Assembly (NCBI GenBank): GCA_037447605.1 | Contig: CM074815.1 | Span: forward strand, 1,922,001 to 1,986,000 | Direction of reading: 5' to 3' | Source of the DNA: Zygnema circumcarinatum SAG 698-1b | Lineage: Eukaryota; Plantae; Zygnematophyceae | DNA length: 64,000 bases | Notes under the pieces: generated by a model | Databases searched by the model: none | Seen by the model: only the letters and a program-made list of their open reading frames with translations | Told to the model about the DNA's origin: nothing | Shown: positions 25,220 through 35,923 of the stretch, piece after piece | Position numbering within the stretch: position 1 is the first letter of the stretch | Layout: every line of letters begins with the position of its first letter | Translations under genes and position numbers: made by a program

Positions 25220-28200
25220 ATGTCACGGCAGGGTAACATGGCGATCATCAAGCCCGAAATCGACGAGTCTGATGGAAGCCCACAGGAAAGCTTTTCGGTC
25301 AACAGGAAAAGGCCTTTTTGGTGGTGCAATCTGTTTGAAGCTAAAGATGTAGCAGTTTCAATAGTAACCTTCTGCAAAGGCAAAAACCGACATGATGCCC
25401 TTTTGAAGCGATCAAAGACGATCAAAGAGGACGAGGATCTTGTATTTGCCGTAGCAAGTCAATCGGAGGAGGTCTCTTCTGTCGACGATGAGGAGATTCA
25501 TGCAGTGCTTTCTCAATTGTTTAGCGCGGAACGTTTGGCGGATGCTATGACAGCTTCCATTCTAAAGACAATTGAGAAAAAGGGACCGCTTTTATGGGAC
25601 AGCGTCCACATACTTGTCAAAATCGTCATGACGAAGGCATTTGGGCCGTTGGATGAGGTCAGATTTCTCCAAGTTTTGCTTCGTGCAGCACTTGTTAGAC
25701 AGAACAGGATTTGTAGACACTGTCAGTTCAAATGATCTGTTAGCTGAATCCCCTCTCCACTTTTCCAATGCTTGTATTGGACTAGAAACCCAAGCTATAG
25801 CCAAAACTTGAAAGTGTGCATGTGTGCCTGCGTAAATTCACTCCTTAAAAAAACCATTTTTAATGCGCCTGAACCTTTGACGATACGAGACATACCCTTA
25901 GACCTCTAAACCCTTCATCTTTCGAATCAATAAACGGTGCTAAATCTTGCTCTTAGTGTGTGTCTCATGCGTGAAAAGGAGTTTAGAAGGCAATGGAGAC
26001 ATGCAGACTCTTATAATGGCTCTAAATTAACTCCCAGAAGATGGGAATCTTCAAATAAACTTCTTCTCCTGCAGGCCAAGGAGGTCGGAGTAGCCTTCGT
26101 CTTCCAAGCGTGGGCTGAGCATGCTCTGTCAGTGAGAGGACCCTTTAAAGGCCCTCTCGGGGGAGCCCTAAGGGCGATGGCTATCCTGCAAGAACCTCTG
26201 GAGAGGTTGATGACCATGGAGGACCAAGAAGCTTTGCGATCAGAAATAGCAGCATATGTTTCTGAGGTCAGTTTTGTGTGTGTAGACCTCTGAGTGTATG
26301 TGAGCCGAAGTTCGTAATGTGTTTGAGGGGAGTGAGCGAGAGAGAAGGGGGAAGAGGGGGGCGGGGGGGAGGGGGGGGAAGAGTGAATGAGAGGGAAGGG
26401 GGAAGGGGGGGGGGGANNNNNNNNNNGGGGGGGGGGGATGGGAGTGGGGGGGGAGAGTGAATGAGAGGGAAGGGGGAAAGGGGAGGGGGGATGGGAGTGG
26501 GGGGGGAGAGTGAATGAGAGGGAATGGGGATGGGAGTGGGGGGGGGAGAGAATTAGAGGGAAGGGGTCGTCTTGGGGAAAATTGATGGGAATAGGGGAGG
26601 GAGAAGCGTGACAAGTGAGGAGGAACCTGGGAGGAGAGTGAGCCACAAGGAGGGAGGAGATGGATGGGGATAAGGAGGGAAAGGGGTAAACCAAGAGAGG
26701 AGGGAAGGAGAGGAGGCGAAGGGAACAGAAAGTGAGGAAAGTGTCCCTGAGTGGATCACTCTTGTCACATGCAATAGATGTACCCACACGTATATCTTCT
26801 CCTCTCTTCTTCTTCTTTTTTGTTCATAAACACTTGTTTTCTGACTTTTCTCCTCTGTTCCTATGCAGGTTGGCTTGTTTCTGAGAGCCATAACAGAGGG
26901 TAAAAATGTATGCCAAGTTCTAGGACATGTGCCAAATCATAAAGCACTGAAGGCCTATGAAAGCGGACTTATATTGCATTACACAAAGCTATATTTGAGT
27001 GGAGTTCTGAGCGAAGTTAACACTGCTGGAATGAGCCCTGAAGATCACAGAAAGTGGCTTCCGTTTCTCGAAAACCCACAATTTGAAGGGCAGAGGAGTG
27101 TTCTAGATCAACTTGACTTAGGATTAAACCAGGAAAGACTTTCGTCGGTAACGGAAGCAGTGATGAAATTTGAACGCGGATTGTTAGGACCCTCATCAGA
27201 GGTGAGAAACTTAATCCTCAGAAACGTCAAACACCACGTTGTAGTTCGTTGAGCTTAAACAATCATTCAAATGTTAATGCTTTGTGCGATTCTACTCCAA
27301 ATTGTGATGATTTTCAAGTTTGAATGATTTATGGCATTGTCGGATTTGCTATTCAACATGCAGGTGAAAGTTTTAGGGTTGGTGGGTCCTTCCGGAGTGG
27401 GCAAAACTCAAGTAGCTTTGGAGTATTCGCACCTTACAAGGGAGCACTATGAGGCCGTACTATGGCTTGATGCGGAATCTCTCAACCTTCAGGATCAGTT
27501 AGCATCATACAGCGCTGATCTCGGAGTCGAAGTAAGTCATAAAGCAGCATAGGAAACTGCTCATTGGTCATCGCAAAACGTAGATCAGTTTCCAAAGACC
27601 GTCTTACTGATCTTGAATTACTTGCATAGAGCTCTTCGTTTTATATAGTGAAGCGGTTGAAGGAATGTGGGAGAGAGATTGTGTGCAGGTGGAGGAAGGA
27701 GCGACCCTGGATGAGAGAGTAGAGCAAGTTCGGAGTGCACTGGAAACCACTGCTAATGCACTTATTATTGTGGACAATGCGCGAAATTCAGAGATCTTAG
27801 AACCCCTCCTACCAAAGGTAAGATGCTGCAGATTTGGCAACAGTCTCCCTCCTTCTGTTATGGAGATTAGGTCAAGGATAGCACCTTTGCAAACGGACAG
27901 AAAGCGATAGATAGAGAGAGTGGAGGGAGGGGGTATAGAGAGTTGAATGGGAGGAGGAAGGGAGGCGTAATGTTGATGGTGATGATGATTGCAGCTCGGA
28001 CGATCGCACATCCTCATCACTTCTGAATTTGACATCGACCGTGTCTCTTTGGCTATCAATATGGAACCTATGTCTCTGGATGATGCATTGGAGGTATGTT
28101 TATTCGTGTGCTCTTTCATCATGAGAGTTTTTGTTTGAGGAAGTTTCACGTCATCGATAGAAAACCTAGTTTTCAGTTCGTTTACAACCGACACATGCAA

Positions 28201-31200
28201 CTCAGATGATTAACTGCATGCAACCTTCTTCATGTCAATTCTCTCCCTCTCACTTCCCCCCCCCTCCCCTCCCTCTCGTGCTTCGCTATCCACTCCTTCC
28301 CCTTCTTTGCACTCTCCTTCTCTCGATCTCCCTGCCTTTCCACGCCACTCCCCATCTCCTTCCCCTCCTCGTATCTTCTCTCCCTTCTCTGTGTATTCTC
28401 TCTCCTTTCCCCTTCCCCTCCCGTCCTTCTCCCCTGCATCGCTTTCATCTCCTCTACCCTTTTCTCTCTCACTCTCTTTCTAACCCTCCCTGTCTCGTCC
28501 GTTCCCTCCCTTTCCCCTCCCTCTCTCCCTCCCTTTGGCAGCTCCTGCAGGATTCTCTCTTCCCTCTCCTTTCTCTCTCCTTCCCCTCTCATATCCCCTC
28601 CCCCTCTCCCCCCCCTTCACATGTCCTGCAAGATCTTCTTCTCCCCCTCCCTGTCTCTTCCTTCCTTCCCCTCTCTCTCACCCCCTCTCTCTCTCTCTTT
28701 CCCCCTCCCGCAGACCCTTCAAGCTGGTTACCGACAGGATGGAGCGGAGGCCCGTGTGCTTGCAGATATAGCCCATGCTTTGGGCTGCCTCCCTTTCTTT
28801 CTCGCCATTGCAGGAAGGCAACTTGTAGAGGTCGGATTGCAGCCCTCTGAGCTTCTCCGTCTCCTGCAAAAGGACATTCCTTCAGAGTCAGAGAGTATAC
28901 AGGTCGACTGCTCCTTTCAGTCTCCCTCCAGGTTATCTCCCAACTCTCTAATTCCCACAATGTGAAAGCAATAAGAACGTTCGGCTCATGTAGAGCAGCG
29001 GAAAAGTGTTTCAAATGGAGGTCTGGGATTGAGATGTACATCTTCCTTGTTGCGTTTTTCACCACATTTGCAGCATTATGCAAAGTAGCGTAATGTTGTT
29101 CTCAGGTGTAGTTAGTTCCTCCTTCTACCTATGTCCAGTCAGACAAAGTCATCAAAATCCAGTTTTCGGTTGAAATGTAAAGAAGAGATATATGAGGTTG
29201 AAGTGACTGCATGAAGTGACCCATAGCAGCATTTCATGGTGGATTGTTTCGATCTCCCCTTTGTTGGAGGGCAGCATTCGAACGCTATTGGAGGAAGCAG
29301 TGAGCTCTCTCGCAGACAACAGGAGGGAGGATGGCCAGCTGGCAAAAGCAATGGTAGAAGTCTGTGGCTGGTTTGGGGCACAGCCCATTCCTCTCCCGAT
29401 TCTGACAGGGGCTGTCCGTAGATATAGGTAAGTGAATTTCCTGTCTCCCTCCCTCTCTTTTTCTCTCTCTTTCTTTCTCTCCCTCCCACTCTCCCATCCA
29501 CCTCCGAACCTTCCTCCCGGTTGCCCTGCCTTGTCTCCCATCCCGCCCCCCTCTCCCCCTCCCCCTCCTACTCCTCCCTCTCTTTCTCTCTCCAAGCATC
29601 TGATATGACGTTATCCAGACTTGGCCCTCCTTTCAAATCCTCCAGAACTTTTTCAACACTCCTGCGGGAGGCACTGTAAGACCTAGAGAAATCTTGAAAA
29701 TCAAACAGACCATATTTAAAAAAAAAAAAAAAAAAAAATCTTTACAAAACTTAAACCCCAATGTGAAAGTTGTGGTCTAGCAGGGGTCAAGATCCGAACG
29801 AATTCGACGACTCAGATCGTGCAGTTTCCCGCCTTCTAAAAATGGAGCTCGCCCAGCAAGAGCAGGCAGAGGGGTCCATAGTTTTCCATCCCCTCCTTCA
29901 AACTTTTTCTCGAAGTCGAGATTTTGGAGGGGCAGCTGCTGTGGCAGTTTTGAAGACTGTCGCAAATTCTCGATGTTGTGCCGAAACCGCTGACCATTTC
30001 GCTGCGATTTGGGAGAGGAAGGAGGAGTTGGTGAAAACCCATCCAATTGTTTTGGGGAAGGTGTTGGAAGTGGGGTTGAGTTTAGTGAGGTATGGAATCG
30101 ACAAATGGGATGCTCGTGAAGTAACCGATGTATGCGATCAAGTGTTAGAAATGGGTCCGATTATTGGTGAAATCCGACTTCACTTTTGGCAGCTGAAAGC
30201 GGAGATTTTGGGACAGAAAGGAGAGAAGGTAGCTGCTGCCCAGGAAGGTAGAAAATGCTTAAAAGCGATGCATGAAAACTTGGCTTCTGGGCCACTCGGA
30301 CTCTGTGCTTGGGCTGCAATTCTGATTCATGAAGTGGAGGGAAACTTGAAGTCATTAACAGATGCGGTTGATGAATGTGACTTGTTCGAAGAAGAGGCAA
30401 TGGAGCTCGCAGAGGGTGTGAGAGAGAGGGACAGCACAAGACCACTTGGAGAGTTTCAAGCAGTAGATGGAGATGGGGTTCTTGTAGTCGCTGCATTGAA
30501 ATCTATAGGCAAAGTGTATTCCCAAATTCCTGCTCTAAGTATGCAGGCTTTAGCACACGAGCTCACTGTTCTGAAACTCCAAGAGAGGGTTTTGCCAAAA
30601 CTGGACTCAGAAATTTCTGAAACTTGTTGGGGTCTTACTCTGCAGTATGCTGTTCTCGATGATCTATGCTGGCAGCAACAAGTCATATTGGACATTTTCC
30701 AACTCCCATGCGGAATTCTGACAATAGAAAGCAACCATTTGGGGACAGCACAGATGATTGACAGGTGGCAGGTTGTGAGCACACCCTCTTTGGGAGAGCT
30801 TCACTTTGACTTCCGCACGAGAGAGGAGGCAGGGAGAGTGTATGAGAAAGCGATATCTTCCTTAGTACAGAGTAAAGACCCCTCTTCTCTGACATTAAGG
30901 CTTCGCTGTGCTGCATATGCAGCCATGGCTGCTCTCACAAAGCGCCCGAAAGATAGGACTTGGAGGAGATCAGCAATAGCAGCAATAACCCAACTGGAAA
31001 AAGTGTTGGCTGCTTCAAAGGCTGCTAATTTGAAGACTTCAGAGACATATCATGTGGGAGTGTGGAAACTTGGTCTGTTATATGAGAGCATGGACCGGCC
31101 ACTCGAAGCGGAGGAAAGGCTTGCAGAATGGGTCTCATTAGGGCTCATGGATAAGGAAAAGGGGGGGTCATTTAGTAGGCTTGTAACTATGGCCTGCATG

Positions 31201-32245
31201 CTGATCAAACGGGGTAAAGTTACCGATGCTGATTTCATGCTGGAAAAGCGCAAGCAGCTCTTGGAATCGTCGCAAATGGATCGAAATTTCGAGTTGGCCC
31301 AGGTCTTTGCATTAAGTGGAGCAATAAAGTGGCTAAGGGGTCAAGCTGAGGAAGCACAGATGGCTCTCGAAAGGGCTCGAAAATTACTAAGGACATTACA
31401 TGCTCTTTATCCGTTGCAGTTGGCGGATGTTTTGGATGCTCTCGGGAGGGTTTCAGCACATAAGGTGAGAAAGGGGGATTGCAATGAGGCTGGAAATGCT
31501 TCAATCTTGAAAGCTCTTTGCTTGGGTGATAAAATTAAGGATTAGTGGGATTAGAGGATTAGTTTCAAGGCTGATTGAGTTCGAGTTAGGTGAACACATC
31601 ACTAGGACAAGAGCTATAGTTATTGCTAGGATTAGAGTCAGCGTTAGGCCTAGGATCATGGTTAGGCTTGGAGGTAAGGTTAATGTCAGGTTAGAGTAGA
31701 AGTAGAATTAGGGTCAGAGCTGTAGTTAGGGTTAGACTTACAGCTAGGATAAGAGTTATGGTGAAGACTGAAGTTGTGTTTTATGTGTGAGTCATGGTTG
31801 GGACAAGGTCAGGATCAGGGCTAGGTTTGGGTTTTAGGGCTAAGTTAGGGTTGGAATTGGTAGGCTTAGCATTAGGGTGACGGATATAGTTTGAAGTATT
31901 TGATCTTAAGAGTTTTGTGAATCTTATTGCGGACAGGGAGACCATATCCGGGCATTCGACCTATGGCAGCGCGCATTGAGTGCCCGAGAGGAGGTCATTG
32001 GGGAATCGCATCCCTGCCTCGCTTTCACTCTTACCAATATGGCATACATAGAAAAGCAGCTTGGCCGGATACATGCTGCAATGGACTTGAGAGACAAGGC
32101 TCTCCGTCTCATCTCAAAATCATCAGAAACTGACATTGTGCAGTTGCAGCAATTGATCGAAAGACAACTCAGGCGAGTCCCCTGCAGTGCTCTCACTGTG
32201 CTTTATCACAATCCTGTTCTCTGTTCTATTCAATGTGGAGCTTAA
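25220..32245 (+). CDS. STAND NTPase (NB-ARC-like) with C-terminal TPR repeats and an unassigned N-terminal domain; about 10 exons
   Basis: P-loop VLGLVGPSGVGKTQVALEY..YEAVLWLDAE (27364-27531); Walker B LIIVDN; sensor HILITS; GLPL-like LGCLPFFLAIAG; WHD-like VCGWFGAQPIPLPIL; kinesin-light-chain-type TPRs LADVLDALG../ALSAREEVIGESHPCLAFTLTNMAY. The start codon is uncertain. Confidence 0.85.
26417..26426. other. Assembly gap (10 N) in a G-rich intronic tract
   Basis: Run of n flanked by poly-G. Confidence 0.99.
31546..31885 (+). repeat. Degenerate TTAGGG-like tract in the last intron of the NB-ARC-TPR gene
   Basis: Repeated ggttag/ttaggg/gttagg variants (gttagggttagac, aagttagggttgg, attagggtc). 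Confidence 0.7.
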
Positions 32246-33229
32246 TCTTTCAGCTTTCCAATATTGACCCATATTTTCCGACTCTATGATGAACCTTGCG
32301 TTGTGGTTGCAGTGACGAAGCGCTCACAATGCACGCAGAAGAGCAGCCGAGATTATCGCGAGGAGGGCGACAAAGCTTAGAGACAATAGCGGAGGCGGAA
32401 GGCGGGACAGAATAGGCCTTACGGAATTCGTTTTTCGAAAGCAAGTACGGTACATACTATTGATTCCGCCATTACTACTGAAATTGTGGCGGAACTCATA
32501 CTGGCTTTGATTTCAAATGTATGAAACTTTTCTAGGGGGGGGGGGGGGGTCTGACCGAGGCCCCCCTACAACAGGAATAGGCGGTTTCATACTTTGAAAA
32601 GATCGATAGTATTTTTCTACACAGGAAGTCGTGATTCAATTTTTGGCTTCCGAAAGTGTAGAGCTTTTCTAAGTTTATGACTGAAACCCCTCTTAGAGGG
32701 GGTCACTGAAATGTACAGCACTGCTGCTGGCTGGGGGGGGGGGGGCTGGCTCCATAATTTTGGCGATTTCAGCATGGAGCCAATGTTTAGCATCTTCCGG
32801 GATTCAGACACGCAGCTTGTGGGGCACAGTGTGTATCTATTTTGATTTCAGGTTTAAAATAAAAACACTATCGCTGCAATACTTTGAATACGTTTGTAAG
32901 TTATAATTTCTACGCTCGTTTTACGGCTTTGTATTGGCCTCCATCATCATCAGCGCTGGCCAAACTTTTTGACAGCTCTCTTATCAATCAAAGAGATAGA
33001 TGAAAGCCACCTGACTATCTATGATCTGAATACACATGCAGCACAAGAAAAGAAAACGATGATTGAAACTGAGAGCAGAAAACATATGAAGGAGACAACC
33101 GAACAATTGGAATTAGACTCGTAAGGGTTTTCTCCTCAAGCGAGATCTCCTTTCAAAAAAATCTCAGCCCACTTCTGTACAGATTTCTCAGTCGTGCATC
33201 AAGACATGGGCAAACTCTGCTTGAGCTTT

Positions 33230-33595
33230 TCAAGACTCCTTTGCCTCCTTAATCTGCTGCTGAACCTCCTCCGCCGAAACATTATCAGAAACAGCAAACG
33301 GATTCACATATTGGTCGTCCAGTGGCCTTCCCTTCAGATCACTCCGCATGGCTCCTTCAGGATGAGTTGCAAACTGAGCGCCTTCCTTTGCAGATTCTGC
33401 CCTTACTTGTCCCCCTTTCCGGCCCATCTCTGCATAGCCTTCGTGACCAAGCTGCTGTTTACGAGTCTCGCCTCCCTTTCTCCCTCCTTCCCTGATGCGT
33501 TCCTCCGCTTCCTCCGCCTGCTCCCAGGTCTGCCCTAACTGAAACTGAGGGCCATGCTCATCCTTCAGCTTGTCCATAGACGAATGCGATGTCAT
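33230..33595 (-). CDS. Group 1 LEA / Em-like hydrophilin (LEA_5, KGG motif), 121 aa
   Basis: REGGRKGGETRKQQLGHEGYAEMGRKGG matches the Em 20-mer motif. The CDS is intronless and hydrophilic. Confidence 0.88.
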   Translation of the reverse strand: MTSHSSMDKLKDEHGPQFQLGQTWEQAEEAEERIREGGRKGGETRKQQLGHEGYAEMGRKGGQVRAESAKEGAQFATHPEGAMRSDLKGRPLDDQYVNPFAVSDNVSAEEVQQQIKEAKES

Positions 33596-34391
33596 ACTGC
33601 CCTGTCGGAATCGCAGACACAGCGGTGTGCTCCTGTTATAAAATCTGCAAAAAAGGAACTCGATAGCGTATGAACTAAGCTAGGAATTCCGGTGCCATTG
33701 AAATGTGCTTGCTTGCAAACGCACAACCGGGAGAACAGCCACAATTATTACCACTCTCTCAAGCCTAAAAAACACGTCTTTTCCACGAGGTCAGGAAAAA
33801 GGAAATACGGAACTTTAATCGTACAAGGAAAAAATGAATAAGCCTTGAAAGGCTATCCCGTTCCCGGCAACAGCTGGTTGCAAAACTTTCCAACTTCCGC
33901 CAATGACTGAGGAACACTTGTGCTCAACATCAACCTTACAATTGTATTTTATTTAGGTGATCTTGCAAGATGTTTGCAGTTCAGAGTCACCAATCAGCGC
34001 TCCTATTCAGTATCCAGCAGAGCAAGGTGATAAAGTCGCCATCAACATCAAACAATGAACATGCAAAGGGCAAAAACCACCAATTTCCAAACTCCTGCGG
34101 ACCAAGCAGTCCATAGATCCGCTACTGCTGCTATGCCTCACCTCTGAATTTTTCTAAATGCTGAAGCTTTTCTTTCCTCGCAGCAAGCAGCTCGACGGTC
34201 TGCTGGACAGCAAGAACCAGCGGCTTCTAAAACATAGTAAGCCGATTAAAGTATTTTCCTCAGTCACCTCCACTTTGAATAATTGAAGAATACAAACGAA
34301 TCTTCCTTCCTCTATTCAATAAAATCACATGGCTGCGAGAAATGGAAGTGTAGGCGCAGCCAGCCATGGCCTGCCAGGCGGCGGCCATTGC

Positions 34392-34845
34392 CTGCATGCA
34401 CGCATGCATGCATGGGTCATGCGGCGCATGGGCAAATGCCGACCTCGCCTGGTTTCAAACTGAACTTCTTTGGGAAACGTCAAAATTGACACGCCCTAAT
34501 GTCAAAGGTTGGCAAGTGTCGCCCGTACACGAGTGCTGACGTGGAAAATAAGATCTGCCGGATTGAATAACGAATTAAAGACCGCCACGTGGTAAAGTGT
34601 GTCACGTGGCACGCTCACGAGAGCCAGCAGGCTGCCCCGCCGCCCAGGCCCTTCGTACCGTCGCTTTGACCGCCAACTCTGAGCTCCGGGACGCCATTCG
34701 GGCCGTCCGATCGTCGCCGGAGTCGCTGCGCGCCGTCCGATTTCGTCCGACGTGGCGGCGGTTTGGTGCGCAGTGTGCATGGCAAGTGGCAATTCCAACG
34801 AGATCTTTTCAGGGAAGCAAGACCTATGGCTCTGCGACACGTGGC
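34392..34845. promoter_or_regulatory. Candidate LEA promoter with RY/Sph repeats and five ACGTGG (ABRE/G-box) motifs
   Basis: tgcatgcacgcatgcatgcatg at about 34393-34414; ACGTGG cores at about 34539, 34587, 34604, 34750 and 34839. A possible 5'-UTR intron spans about 33602-34268. Confidence 0.45.
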
Positions 34846-35923
34846 GGGCATGCATACGGCGACACTTTTACACTTCATCAATAGATTGGAGCAGCAGAAA
34901 GACGAAAAAAAAAAAAAAAGAGAGCAGAGAGAGGCAGATCATTGTTAATGCTTGAAGGGGCTCTTTCTTTACAGCTGGATAAGTAGTCGGCATGTGGAGA
35001 TGATTATTATCTCAGATAGAGTACAGGAAGCTTTTGATAAAGAAAGGAAGCAGGAAAATGGCATTGATCTCACGATGGCGACTGTGCCATCAAATGCACA
35101 TGGACACAATCATCATGGGGAACCACGAGGAACTGGCCGCAAAGGAACTAAGGAGAAAAGGAAAAAGCTGGGAGCGGAAAACTACGCCTCGGCTCAACAA
35201 CGCAGCCAGCTAACGAAACATGCTATGCAGTTATCAAAACCATCGTGTTACAAAGGTGTTGAAAACATAAGGATGGGCCTTATGGAATGTTTGGAGAAAG
35301 AGCTTAATTGCACATTTGGGGCTTCCAAGCTTCTACTTCAGCTCAACACCGGAGCGTTATTGCCGATGCTCTTCTTTTCCAGTTCCTTATTATTGCCTTC
35401 TCTCCTCCATTCGATTCAAGAACGCAGCATAACTCTACCTACTGAAGGTTTGGTTAAATTCTGTACTCATGCTGAAGAGTCACTTTGTCCTCTATCCGGA
35501 AAACAAAACAAGTCGAGCGTCCAACCAAGTTGAAATACGCACCTTAAGTTTCCACATTGAGTAACGTGAAAGGTAAGAATGAGCATGAGCCCCCCAGAGT
35601 ATATACCGCTCACCTTATTCAGTTTGGGGCATGCCCTTGCGAACTCTGTTTATTATCCGGTAGTGCAGCCCACAACAAATACGAACCCACAGTACAGTAA
35701 AATGTTCTATTCTATATTCTCAAATGTCCTCTGTTCTGTTCTATTAACCGTCTGCTTATTACTGCTTTTTACAAAAGGAACTGAAAAAGGAAAAAGAGAA
35801 AGCCCCCCTTCACCCACACTCTTTTCTTTCTTGACTGTACATACGATGTCATACGGTATTCAGTACCCTAAAAAATAACTTAAGACTTTGCTTTCCAAAC
35901 CCCCCAACAGGCGCAATGTCTCA

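Noticed and set aside
28206-29599. Pro/Leu/Ser-rich and Glu/Arg/Gly-rich ORFs
   Set aside because: Translations of CT/GA low-complexity introns of the NB-ARC-TPR gene.
32530-32760. Poly-G tracts with short inverted segments as a possible MITE
   Set aside because: No clear termini or TSD and no second copy in the window.
34952-35533. 193-aa + strand ORF
   Set aside because: It has a non-ATG start and no family motif, and it lies where the ankyrin gene 3' UTR is expected. A small orphan gene cannot be excluded without RNA data.
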